Both the position numbers and the translations under genes were made by a program. DNA of 32,000 bases, from positions 1 to 32,000 of the forward strand of contig NZ_JBHSTI010000008.1 of NCBI RefSeq assembly GCF_042660085.1, in the 5' to 3' direction. A model generated the notes under the pieces. It saw only the letters and a list, made by a program, of their open reading frames with translations, was not told the origin of the DNA and made no database searches. Below are positions 9,276 to 18,067 of the stretch, one piece after another; positions within the stretch are counted from its first letter, which is position 1, and each line of letters opens with the position of its first letter. The stretch comes from Longivirga aurantiaca (GTDB taxonomy: Bacteria > Actinomycetota > Actinomycetes > S36-B12 > CAIYMF01).

Positions 9276-11207
9276 ATGACTGCTTCAGACGTCGAGGTGC
9301 GTCGCCAACTCGCGGCTGCTCGAGCTTCGCTGACAGGAGCTGCCCCTGGCCTCGTTCCGACAGGCATTGCGATCCCACAGGAAGGGCAGATGTACGCGGC
9401 CGGTTCTGCGTCACCGCTCCTCGCCCGCGCCATGGTGCAGCTTGCTTCTGGATTGTTCGTCCCCCAGGGCGTCGCACGTGAGAAGTACCCCATAGACCTG
9501 ATGGCCACCTTCGTCACAGCGAGCGAGATCTTCGGCCGCCGCCTAGAACCGGGCATCGTCCAGTACGTGCTCGAGCGCACACCACGAGTCTCGGGAATCC
9601 AGTTCTGTGTCGAACTGACCCGCCGCTTGAACACACACGGAGGGGATTGGCGAACCCTCCAAGATGAGCTGCTGTCACGGTGGTTCACCCCAGAGGGTGC
9701 CACGCGTGCGAGGGCACTCGTGTCCGATGGGAATCGCCGGCTGGTTGCGGAGCAAGGGGTGCTCATGCTGCTCAAGAGAGTCCTGCAGTGGTGCCCGGAG
9801 CAAGTTCCCGAAGACGACGTGGAAGGGCCCGCAGGACTGGTGCTCGCCTACTTCGCGCTCGCAGACGATGACGGGGAGTCCGTGCCGTCGGGCGTCGAAG
9901 ACCTGACGCCCGAGCAGTCGCAGCGACTTGCTGCCGAAGTCGTGAGCAACCAGTGGTTCCATACCGATCAGGACATCGTAAGTCTCTTCGCCCGACACGC
10001 TGGCCGATGGGCACCGACCGAAGTCGAGCCGCAGCCTCGCGTCCTGTACCAGCGGGCTACCGGGCTGAGGCTGGAGCTACTCGAGAGCGTGACTCTCGCG
10101 ATCTGGGCAGTGACCCAAGGCGGCGCTGTCTGGACAAGCACGGAGCAGTTGATAGCAGCACTGGACTTCGACGCGGCAGACGTCCAGCAAGTACTCGACC
10201 ACCTCAGTCTTACTCCCGAACAAATGCGTGATCAGATACGCGACGAGGAATCTTTGCGCGGGCAGGATTGGAGTTTCGCCGCGTTCGAGCAGTTCCCTCT
10301 CATCGCCGACGGCGGCGGGGTCGTTGTCGTGTCCCCGAGTCTGCTCTTGCGCCGTGTGTTCTCGTGGACTCTTACCTGGGACGTCCGAGCCAGTTCCGCC
10401 ATCTCGAGGACGCAAGTGGAGCGGTTCGTTGCCCTCATTCGTGCCCGTGCGGAGGAGCAGATCAGGGAGGCCTTCTCGGGCATCTATCCGGGGCTGCCCA
10501 CCAAGCGCGTTTACACGGAGGATGAGCAGGCGAGCGCGTTTGCGACGGGCAAGGATCTTCCTCCCCGAGCCGACCTGGTGGTCGATGACGTCGATTCGTG
10601 GCTCGTCGTCGAAATCACCTCAAGCATGCCGACCATGCAGACCATCGCCTCGTCGTCCGATCGTGCCTATCTCGATGACATCGAGAAGCTCTTGGCGAAG
10701 GTGAAACAGATCGACTCTTCCATTCGAATGCTGCGTGATCATGAATCTGCACTAACGGGGCACGCCGCGCGTGCGAGGCAGTTCATCCCTGTGCTCGTGT
10801 GCACCGAGGGCTTCCCCGTGAATCCGATGACGTTCGGCGAACTCACGCGTCGCATTCGCGAGCTCGGGCTACTGGACGGCGGCGACGTCATGTCACTGCG
10901 CCTGCTGAGCAGCGAGGATCTCGATGCAGCCGAGGCCTTCACGGAAACCAATGGGGTGGCACTGGCTGACCTGCTGCGCGATCACGCGGCGTCAGGGCTC
11001 CGAGCGTCGGATCTTCGCAGCTACATCATCTCGGAGCGAAACCCGTCACGGATCCGGCCGCATCGCCTGGATGGCTCGACGGATCCGGTCTTCGCGGCCC
11101 TCCTGGCGACGGTTCTTCCAAACGCTGCTCTAGGCGCGACAGAGGGGGACTCGCCCCCAACGCCGCTTGATCCGGGACCTTCTGACGGCCAATCCGCAGG
11201 GAGCTAG
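9276..11207 (+). CDS. Orphan 643-aa protein of unknown function with a possible degenerate PD-(D/E)xK-like segment
   Basis: ATG at 9276 preceded by purine-rich gtggggaagggcg. Long ORF with natural amino-acid composition; ...RADLVVDDVDSWLVVEITSS... is the only motif-like segment. Confidence 0.8.
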   Translation: MTASDVEVRRQLAAARASLTGAAPGLVPTGIAIPQEGQMYAAGSASPLLARAMVQLASGLFVPQGVAREKYPIDLMATFVTASEIFGRRLEPGIVQYVLERTPRVSGIQFCVELTRRLNTHGGDWRTLQDELLSRWFTPEGATRARALVSDGNRRLVAEQGVLMLLKRVLQWCPEQVPEDDVEGPAGLVLAYFALADDDGESVPSGVEDLTPEQSQRLAAEVVSNQWFHTDQDIVSLFARHAGRWAPTEVEPQPRVLYQRATGLRLELLESVTLAIWAVTQGGAVWTSTEQLIAALDFDAADVQQVLDHLSLTPEQMRDQIRDEESLRGQDWSFAAFEQFPLIADGGGVVVVSPSLLLRRVFSWTLTWDVRASSAISRTQVERFVALIRARAEEQIREAFSGIYPGLPTKRVYTEDEQASAFATGKDLPPRADLVVDDVDSWLVVEITSSMPTMQTIASSSDRAYLDDIEKLLAKVKQIDSSIRMLRDHESALTGHAARARQFIPVLVCTEGFPVNPMTFGELTRRIRELGLLDGGDVMSLRLLSSEDLDAAEAFTETNGVALADLLRDHAASGLRASDLRSYIISERNPSRIRPHRLDGSTDPVFAALLATVLPNAALGATEGDSPPTPLDPGPSDGQSAGS

Positions 11208-11228
11208 CCGTAGTCCGTTGATCTTGGT

Positions 11229-11249
11229 GTTGCTCACAAGTTGCTCACA
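11229..11249 (+). repeat. Two 10-nt direct repeats (gttgctcaca a gttgctcaca) with 11-nt period; possible integrase arm-type sites
   Basis: Direct reading: 11229-11238 and 11240-11249 identical, ~118 nt before the tRNA-Thr fragment. Confidence 0.6.
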
Positions 11250-11366
11250 GAGCATCTGGCACCCCCCACGTTTGGCCGGTACCTGCCGGACGGCTGCAAT
11301 CCTCTGACCTGCGGAAACGTCATCAGGCGTCACTCGCCATCACCCCCGATCACCCCCTCGAACCAA

Positions 11367-11411
11367 CTCGTAATGCGTAGGTCATCGGTTCGATTCCGAT
11401 AGGCGGCTCCA
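11367..11411 (+). tRNA. Truncated 3' half of tRNA-Thr(CGT), from the anticodon loop to CCA; probable att-site remnant
   Basis: CTCGTAATGCGTAGGTCATCGGTTCGATTCCGATAGGCGGCTCCA: anticodon loop CUCGUAA, perfect T-arm ATCGG/CCGAT, acceptor 3' strand AGGCGGC + TCCA. The 5' anticodon stem (ACGCA), D arm and GCCGCCT are absent upstream. Confidence 0.87.
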
Positions 11412-11418
11412 GCACATC

Positions 11419-11452
11419 GGCCCCTGGCCCGCGGAGACGCGGCACAGGGGCC
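11419..11452 (+). terminator. Hairpin just downstream of the tRNA-Thr fragment
   Basis: ggcccctg ... caggggcc (8-bp stem) plus inner ccgcg/cgcgg pairing. Confidence 0.55.
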
Positions 11453-11606
11453 TTGCGCTTTCGTCGGGCCGTCGGCAGGGCACCTGTCGGGGCAACGTAC
11501 TGGACGCGTCCGGCGCTTCGTCGGGAGCCAGGTGGGCATCTCGCCCGACGGCACCGCGGGGCCGCGAGTCGAGCGCCTCAGGCACCGGCGTGACCATTGC
11601 TCGCCG

Positions 11607-12710
11607 CTACGCGCAGGCTTCGACGAGGGCGGCAGTGATCGAGTCGGTCTGCTCCTGCGACAGCCGGAGCACCGCCCACGCCCGTGCCTCGTCGGCGGCG
11701 GTCACAGACACGGCCACGCCCTGCACCGGGCGCCCCTGCAGCCAGCCGGCGTCGATCCAGAGCCCCGGCGGCCAGCCGGCGTAGATCCAGACCGGCGCCA
11801 GGCGCGGGCGGGCGCAGTCGAGCACCGCGAGCGGGACGGCCAGGTCGGCCGCTCCACCGGCCGGCACGGCGGCCACGGCGCTGCCCACGGCCACAGAGGG
11901 CGGAGGGTCGGGCACGGCCACGTCGGAGGCGACGAGCAGCCGCACAGGCAGCGTGCTGCTCACCGTCGCGTGCAGGGTGGCGGTCCGAACCTGGGTGCCG
12001 GGCTCGACGCGCATCGCGCTCATCGTCAGGCCGTCCTCCACCTGGGTCTGCAGGCACGTCCGCCGCAGGTGGGCGGACCAGTCCGCACCGTCGGCGGGGA
12101 TGTCGACCCGCCGTGTCAGGTCCCGTCCGTACCGGTCGATGCGGTGGACGAGCAGGTGGAAGTCCTCCCTCGTCGCAGACAGGGCGGACGGGTCCGTGCA
12201 GTCGACGATCGCGCGGACGGCGAAGGTGGGCGGGATCCGTGCGGCCACCGGGCGCTCGGTCGCGGTGCTTGCCCGCACTGCGGGACCGTCGACGCCCACG
12301 ATGTCGTACGCGCTCGGGTCGTCCTCGTCCGCGACCAGCGAGTAGACGCCGATCTGCATGTCGCGGTCCGCGTAGAGCCGGTGGTCGCCCAGCGAGGGGT
12401 CGAGCACCTCGGGGGAGAGCACCGAGACGCGCAGCACCGGGTCCGGGTCCGGGAGCCGGTCGCCGAGGGTGCCGAACCCCCACACCGCTGCGACGAGCAC
12501 GGCCGTGCCGAGGAGGGTCAGGACGGAGGCGGTGCGGCGGTGGCGCCGCAGCCACCCGCGGACGCCGAGACGCTCCATCCCGTCATCGAGGCGGCCGAGC
12601 ACGGTCGACGAGACGCCGTCGTCGAGGATCTCGGGCGCGCCTCTCCCGACGACCTCGTCGAGGTCGTCGGGGTCGAGCCGGGCCGAGGAGGCCCGTCCGT
12701 CGCCTCCCAC
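11607..12710 (-). CDS. Hypothetical membrane-anchored protein with a large extracytoplasmic domain
   Basis: 367 aa; LRRHRRTASVLTLLGTAVLVAAVWGFGTL single TM helix after a short cytoplasmic N-terminus, no recognised domain. Exact start uncertain. Confidence 0.75.
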   Translation of the reverse strand: MGGDGRASSARLDPDDLDEVVGRGAPEILDDGVSSTVLGRLDDGMERLGVRGWLRRHRRTASVLTLLGTAVLVAAVWGFGTLGDRLPDPDPVLRVSVLSPEVLDPSLGDHRLYADRDMQIGVYSLVADEDDPSAYDIVGVDGPAVRASTATERPVAARIPPTFAVRAIVDCTDPSALSATREDFHLLVHRIDRYGRDLTRRVDIPADGADWSAHLRRTCLQTQVEDGLTMSAMRVEPGTQVRTATLHATVSSTLPVRLLVASDVAVPDPPPSVAVGSAVAAVPAGGAADLAVPLAVLDCARPRLAPVWIYAGWPPGLWIDAGWLQGRPVQGVAVSVTAADEARAWAVLRLSQEQTDSITAALVEACA

Positions 12711-13030
12711 ACCGCCACGGTAGGCCGGCGCCGCGACGCGTTGCCACCGTTGCGAATCCTCGCGCGCAGGTAGCCGCCATCCGGCGCGCTACGTCGTGAT
12801 GTCATGCGCTTGAGGGCGGCAGATGACCGACCAGCCCATGGCACCCGATCGAGGACCCCCCTACAGAATCGGAGGTGATGCCCGCCGCGCAGAGTCCGCC
12901 TCCGCCGACCCAGCCGCCGAGCCTCCGCCGCCCCCGGCGGGACCGGTGGGTGACGACGTCACGCGTCGCAATCTCGCTCAGGGCATCCGGGGGGCGCCGT
13001 GGGCCTCTCGACGTGTCGTCCGAGGGCTGC

Positions 13031-14071
13031 TCAGCCTGCCGTCGGGAGCGCCGACTCGAGCTCGCGCAGCCGGGGGATGACGTCCTCGGCCATCTGGTGC
13101 AGGAACCGTGCCTGGTCGTGGCCGGGGCCGTGGAACACGAGGTGGTTGAGGCCTGCGTCGACGTACTGCTTGATCTGGGCGACGGCGTCGTCGGGGTCGC
13201 TGCTCACGATCCAGCGCTTGGCCACCTGCTCGATCGGCAGCTCGTCGGCGAGCCGCTCCATCTCCTCGGCCGACGACACGGTGTGCTTCTGCTCGGCGCT
13301 GAGCGACAGCGGGGCCCAGAACCGCGTGTTCTCGAGCGCCGCCGACGCGTCCCGGTCGTACGAGATCTTGATCTCGATCATCCGGTCGATGCCCTCGACC
13401 GAGCGCCCGACCGACGTCGCACCCTCAGCGAGCGCCGGCAGCAGGTCCTTCGTGTACAGGTCCATGCCCTTGCCCGAGGTGCAGATGAAGCCGTCGCCCA
13501 CGCGCCCGGCGTACTTCGCCATCTGCGGCCCGCCTGCTGCGACATAGATCGGGACGGCGATCTCGGGCTTGTCGTAGATCTTGGCGCCGACGGTCGTGTA
13601 GTGCTCGCCCTTGAAGTCCACGTGGCTCTCGGTCCAGAGCTGGCGCATGAGGTCGATGGCCTCGCGCAGGCGCGCGGCGCGCTCCCTGAACTCGGGCCAT
13701 TCGCGCCCGGAGACGGCGATCTCGTTGAGCGCCTCGCCGGTGCCGACGCCGAGCATGATCCGGCCGGGGGCGAGCAGCGCCATGGTGGCGAACGCCTGGG
13801 CGATGACGGCCGGGTTGTAGCGGAAGGTCGGCGTGAGCACGCTCGTGCCGATGGTCACGCGTTCCGTCCGCTCGGCCACCGCCGCCATCCACGCGAGCGC
13901 GAACGGCGCGTGGCCACCCGTCTCGCGCCAGGGCAGGAAGTGGTCGGAGGTGACGACGCTGTCCAGACCGACCTGCTCGGCCAGGACCGCGAACTCGACC
14001 AGGTCGCGCGGGCCGAACTGCTCGGCCGAGGCCTTGTAGCCGAGCTTGAGGGGCGGCGAGGTGCTGGTCAT
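13031..14071 (-). CDS. fgd: Glucose-6-phosphate dehydrogenase (coenzyme F420-dependent)
   Basis: 346 aa; [112 protein letters not shown] closely match mycobacterial Fgd1. Confidence 0.93.
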   Translation of the reverse strand: MTSTSPPLKLGYKASAEQFGPRDLVEFAVLAEQVGLDSVVTSDHFLPWRETGGHAPFALAWMAAVAERTERVTIGTSVLTPTFRYNPAVIAQAFATMALLAPGRIMLGVGTGEALNEIAVSGREWPEFRERAARLREAIDLMRQLWTESHVDFKGEHYTTVGAKIYDKPEIAVPIYVAAGGPQMAKYAGRVGDGFICTSGKGMDLYTKDLLPALAEGATSVGRSVEGIDRMIEIKISYDRDASAALENTRFWAPLSLSAEQKHTVSSAEEMERLADELPIEQVAKRWIVSSDPDDAVAQIKQYVDAGLNHLVFHGPGHDQARFLHQMAEDVIPRLRELESALPTAG

Positions 14072-14337
14072 GTGGCGCGACGTCCTTCCGGGGTGGTGCG
14101 GAGCCAGGTGCGGGATGCGATCGGGCTGGCAGACTGCGCAGGCTCTCGAACGCCTCGCTGTGGACCTTTCTTCTCATTCTGTCCCGCGTCGGGGCGGCGC
14201 ACGACCCGGGGTGAGGTCACTCCGCGGGCTTCGCGGCACCCTGCCGACCCGGTCGTGCTCGGGCGAGTGGTGCCTTGGGCGGACGCCTGCCGACCGGTAG
14301 GTCCGCCGACGGAACGGCGCCTGCTTTCATGGGCGGC

Positions 14338-15165
14338 ATGGACGACACCGTGCTCCGCGACCTGGTGGGCGACTCCGGGCACATCCAGGTGCGCATCGAC
14401 GACGGCATCGCGGTCGTGGCGTTCGACAGGCCCGACAAGCACAACGCCATCTCGTTCGAGATGTGGTCGGCGCTCGCCCGCATCTTCCCCGCGCTCGACG
14501 CCGATCCCGACGTCGACATCGTCCTCGTGACGGGATCGCCGGGCGGGCCGTTCAGCGCCGGCGCCGACATCGCGGAGTTCCGCACGCTCCGCTCGGACGC
14601 CGCCGGCGCCGCGCGCTACGGCGAGGCGGTCGAGGCGGGCGAGCGCGCGATCATCGCCTGCTCCAAGCCGACGATCGCCGCGATCGAGGGCTTCGCCATC
14701 GGCGGCGGCACCCAGGTCGCCGTCGCGTGCGACCTGCGCGTGTGCGGCACCGGCTCGCGTTTCGGCGTGACGCCCGCCCGCCTCGGGATCGTCTACTCGC
14801 TGCCCTCGACCGAACGGCTCGTCGAGACCGTCGGCGCCGCATGGGCGAGGTGGATCCTGCTCACGGGCGACCTGCTCGACGCCGACGCCGCGCAGCGGAT
14901 CGGCCTGGTGCACGAGGTCGTCGCCGACGACCAGGTGGCAGACCGCGGCCTCGAGCTCGCGCGGTCGTTGGCCGCACGCGCCCAGCTGTCGCTGGTCGGC
15001 GGCAAGGCGATGGTCGACCGCGTGGTGCACGGGCTGCTCGAGGAGGACGACGAGGTGCGCGCGGTCTACGAAGCCTCGTGGTCGAGCGCCGAGTACGCCG
15101 AGGGCGTGGCTGCGTTCCTCGACAAGCGCACGCCCGACTTCCGGGCGGCCCGCGGCCGCCCGTAG
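14338..15165 (+). CDS. Enoyl-CoA hydratase/isomerase family protein
   Basis: ORF 14275..15165; likely start ATG 14338 (MDDTVLRDLV), alternative 14329. VVAFDRPDKHNAISFEM, FSAGADIAEFRT, IEGFAIGGGTQVAVACDLRV, ARLGIVYSLPSTERL. Confidence 0.9.
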   Translation: MDDTVLRDLVGDSGHIQVRIDDGIAVVAFDRPDKHNAISFEMWSALARIFPALDADPDVDIVLVTGSPGGPFSAGADIAEFRTLRSDAAGAARYGEAVEAGERAIIACSKPTIAAIEGFAIGGGTQVAVACDLRVCGTGSRFGVTPARLGIVYSLPSTERLVETVGAAWARWILLTGDLLDADAAQRIGLVHEVVADDQVADRGLELARSLAARAQLSLVGGKAMVDRVVHGLLEEDDEVRAVYEASWSSAEYAEGVAAFLDKRTPDFRAARGRP

Positions 15166-15211
15166 GTTGGCGACCGCTCGTCCGTCGGCGGGCCCGGAGC
15201 AGGAGGCAGGC

Positions 15212-16411
15212 ATGTCGCAGGCGCAGCCGGTGTCGGGACGCAGCGTGAAGCACCGGCTGCGCGCGTGGTTCGGTGCCGGACCGCGACGTCACGGCGAGCC
15301 GCTCCCGCTCCGTTCGGTCAGCTATCTCGAGCTGTTCTACGACCTCGTCTTCGTCGTGCTGATCGGCCAGGCCGCGCACACGCTGGCCGCCCACCCCGGG
15401 TGGCGCGGGACGGCGGAGTTCGTCGCGGTCTTCGGCCTGGTCTGGATCGCGTGGATCAACGGCACGCTCTACCACGAGCTGCACGGCCGCGACGACGGCC
15501 GCAGCCGCTTCTACGTCTTCGCGCAGATGGGCGTGCTCGCCGTGCTCGCCGTCTTCACCGGGTACGCCGGCACCGCGGACGGCACGGCGTTCGCGCTCAC
15601 CTACTCGGTGCTCCTGCTGCTGCTGTTCTGGCAGTGGTACGAGGTGCGGCGCCACGACCTGCCGCAGGACAAGCAGGCGTCGACGCCGTACCTCATCGGC
15701 CTCACGGTGACGATCGCCGCGATGCTGGCGTCGGCGTGGCTGGCCGACGGCCCGCGCGTCGCGGTGTGGATCGGCATCAGCTGCGGCTGGGTCGTGCTCG
15801 GCCTCACGGGATTCCTCGGGCGCTCGCGACCGCTGACGTTCTTCCAGCCGACCGAGTCGCTCGTGGAGCGCATGGCGCTGTTCGTGATCATCGTGCTCGG
15901 CGAGACCGTCGTCGGTGTCGTCAACGGCATCAACGAGACCGAGCGCGACGCGCTCACGATCACGACCGGAGTGCTCGGCCTGGTGATCGGGTTCGGCATC
16001 TTCTGGAACTACTTCGACGTCGTCGGCGTGCGCGAGCCGCGCGGCGACCGCCGTTCGCTCGCGGCCTGGTTCTTCGGGCACCTGCCGCTCACCGGCGCCG
16101 TGGCCGCCGCCGGTGCCGCGATGGTGGGCCCGCTCGTCCATGCGCACGAGGCGCGGACGCCTGCGGCCGTGGCGTGGACCCTGACCGGGGCGGTGGCGAT
16201 CATCCTGATGCTGATCGCGCTCGAGTCCGCGGCGGTCGAGCAGCACGACGCGATCGACACGCGGACTCGCACCTCCGTGTACGCCGTAGGAGCGGGCCTG
16301 GTGCTGCTGCTCGGCGCGGTGGCGCCGGCGCCCTGGCTGCTCGCGCTCCTGGTGGTCGGGGTGCTGAGCCTGACGTGGCTCAGCTCGTTCGCGCCGCCCG
16401 AGCGCGACTGA
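15212..16411 (+). CDS. Low temperature requirement protein A (LtrA)-like membrane protein
   Basis: ATG 15212 with AGGAGG at 15201-15206; SYLELFYDLVFVVLIGQ, multiple TM segments, PTESLVERMALFVIIVLGETVVGVV motif. Confidence 0.88.
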   Translation: MSQAQPVSGRSVKHRLRAWFGAGPRRHGEPLPLRSVSYLELFYDLVFVVLIGQAAHTLAAHPGWRGTAEFVAVFGLVWIAWINGTLYHELHGRDDGRSRFYVFAQMGVLAVLAVFTGYAGTADGTAFALTYSVLLLLLFWQWYEVRRHDLPQDKQASTPYLIGLTVTIAAMLASAWLADGPRVAVWIGISCGWVVLGLTGFLGRSRPLTFFQPTESLVERMALFVIIVLGETVVGVVNGINETERDALTITTGVLGLVIGFGIFWNYFDVVGVREPRGDRRSLAAWFFGHLPLTGAVAAAGAAMVGPLVHAHEARTPAAVAWTLTGAVAIILMLIALESAAVEQHDAIDTRTRTSVYAVGAGLVLLLGAVAPAPWLLALLVVGVLSLTWLSSFAPPERD

Positions 16412-16437
16412 TCAGGATCCGCGCCGGGCACCGACCG

Positions 16438-16710
16438 TCAGGTGCCGGAGCCCCGGCCTACGAACGTGCCCGCCGCCGGCGGCACGACCTCCGCGTCGCG
16501 CAGCACGCTCTCAGGCACCCAGCGGTAGAAGCCCTCGCGGGTCGACGGGTGGGTGAAGCCCACGAGCCCGTGCCAGCCGTCGTCCTCGAGACGGGTGGCC
16601 ATGAGCGTCGCGGGCAGCCACCGTCCCTCGTGGCACACCTCGACCGGTCGCAGCATGAGTCCACCGTCCTCCTGCCGAGCAGGTATGACCAGCCGGGTAC
16701 GCCCGAGCAC
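16438..16710 (-). CDS. Small hypothetical protein (about 90 aa)
   Basis: C-terminal part of ORF 16438..17109 reads as a plausible globular protein (LVIPARQEDGGLMLRPVEVCHEGRWLPATLMATRLEDDGWHGLVGFTHPSTREGFYRWVPE) from a GTG at 16710; upstream of that the frame is Arg/Pro-rich noise antisense to a VOC gene. Confidence 0.55.
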   Translation of the reverse strand: MLGRTRLVIPARQEDGGLMLRPVEVCHEGRWLPATLMATRLEDDGWHGLVGFTHPSTREGFYRWVPESVLRDAEVVPPAAGTFVGRGSGT

Positions 16711-16757
16711 GGCGAACGGGGTCGCCGCGGCGCGCCCGGGATCGCTACCGTGCCCGG

Positions 16758-17102
16758 ATGCGCATCCTTGGGCTCTGCTTCGCCGGAACTGCCACCGACA
16801 GCCGCGACGCCATGCGGGGGTTCCTGCAGGAGGTCCTGGGCCTGTCGACCATCGACGTCCCCGGTATCGAGGCCGACTGGTTCGAGCTGCCTGACGGCAC
16901 GGCGTTCGCCGTCGCGTCGCCCGGCGGCATGGGCGAGACGGGCAGGTCGATCGGGTTCCTGGTCGAGGACCTCGACTCCGCGCTCGCCGAGCTGCGCGCG
17001 CAGGGGGTCGAGACGGACGCGGTCTCGGAGAACGCCGTCTCGCGCTACGCCCACTTCGTGGCGCCCGACGGCCGTCTCTACGAGCTCGTCGATCGGCGCT
17101 GA
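16758..17102 (+). CDS. VOC (glyoxalase/bleomycin-resistance) family protein
   Basis: 114 aa; GLCFAGTATDSRDAMRGFLQEVLGLS, FELPDGTAFAVASP, IGFLVEDLDSALAELRAQGVE, HFVAPDGRLYELV. Confidence 0.88.
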   Translation: MRILGLCFAGTATDSRDAMRGFLQEVLGLSTIDVPGIEADWFELPDGTAFAVASPGGMGETGRSIGFLVEDLDSALAELRAQGVETDAVSENAVSRYAHFVAPDGRLYELVDRR

Positions 17103-17122
17103 CCCGCAACGACGACGCCGAA

Positions 17123-17156
17123 GGCCCCCGACCGCTTCCCGGTGCGGTCAGGGGCC
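17123..17156. terminator. Intergenic hairpin between convergent genes
   Basis: ggcccccgaccgc / gcggtcaggggcc, 13-nt arms with one mismatch, loop ttcccggt, between stops at 17102 and 17174. Confidence 0.75.
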
Positions 17157-17173
17157 TCCGTGCGTCCCGGCTG

Positions 17174-18067
17174 TCAGAGCAGCACGGGGATCTTCTGCTC
17201 GGCGCGGTCGTGAGCGCGGCGGAACACCACTGTGACGAGCGACGCCGTGATGACCACGAACAGCGAGTAGAGCGCGGGGATGAGGTCGGCAGCGGCCTTG
17301 GTCTCGCCGCTGAAGGACAGCGCGATGACGGCCACGGCGAGCGGCCCGTTGACGATGCCGATCTCGAGCGCGAACGTGCGGCGGTCCGGGAGGCTGGCGC
17401 CCCACAGCTTCGCCCAGAGGTAGGCCACCGCCATGCCCAGCACCGGCAGGAGGATCGATGCGGCGAAGATGCCGGGCCGCTCCTGGAACGTCTGGACCAG
17501 CAGGTCCCAGTTGCGCGGCACCCACGTGACCATGAGCAGCAGGATCACCAGGATGCCGAAGACCGAGCCGAGCAGCTCGACCGCTCCACCGACGTTCGCA
17601 CTGCGCCGCCGCAGCCAGATGCCGGCGAAGATCGGCAGGATCAGCAGCGCCAGGCTCACCATGATGTTGGCGTAGGGCACCTCGACGTCGGCGGCGACGA
17701 CCCCGCCGTAGAGCCCGATGAGCAGTGGCGAGATCACGATGGCCGCCATGGTCGTGAGCATCGTGACGATGACCGACAGCGAGAGGTTCGCCTTCGAGAA
17801 GTACGTGAACAGGTTCGACGTCGTGCCGCCCGGCATGCAGCCGAGGATGACGAGGCCGATGGCCACGGTCGGCGGGATGTCGAAGACCTGCACGAGACTG
17901 AAGGCGATCAGCGGCATGAACGTGAACTGGCCGATCACGGCGAGCACGAGCCACTTCGGCCGCTTGAGCTCGCGGCGCACGTCGCGCGGCGTCATCGCCG
18001 CGCCCATGCCGAGCATCATGCAGGCGACGAGGAGTGTGAGCAGCAGCTGCTCGAACGCCCCGATCAT
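17174..18067 (-). CDS. Bile acid:sodium symporter (BASS) family transporter
   Basis: 297 aa, many TM segments; GMGAAMTPRDVRRELKRPKWLVLAVIGQFTFMPLIAF, VILGCMPGGTTSNLFTYFSKANLSLSV. Confidence 0.88.
   Translation of the reverse strand: MIGAFEQLLLTLLVACMMLGMGAAMTPRDVRRELKRPKWLVLAVIGQFTFMPLIAFSLVQVFDIPPTVAIGLVILGCMPGGTTSNLFTYFSKANLSLSVIVTMLTTMAAIVISPLLIGLYGGVVAADVEVPYANIMVSLALLILPIFAGIWLRRRSANVGGAVELLGSVFGILVILLLMVTWVPRNWDLLVQTFQERPGIFAASILLPVLGMAVAYLWAKLWGASLPDRRTFALEIGIVNGPLAVAVIALSFSGETKAAADLIPALYSLFVVITASLVTVVFRRAHDRAEQKIPVLL

Noticed and set aside
12823-13080. 85-aa ORF MTDQPMAPDRGPPYRIGG... (+)
   Set aside because: Pro/Arg-rich, overlaps the 3' end of fgd and has no recognisable motif; most likely non-coding, though a small peptide cannot be excluded.
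12875-14530. 551-aa ORF on + strand
   Set aside because: Antisense to fgd; His/Arg/Asp-rich low-complexity translation.
15265-17235. 656-aa ORF on + strand and 14861..16246 on - strand
   Set aside because: Alternate frames of the enoyl-CoA hydratase and LtrA-like genes; Arg-rich composition and no motifs.
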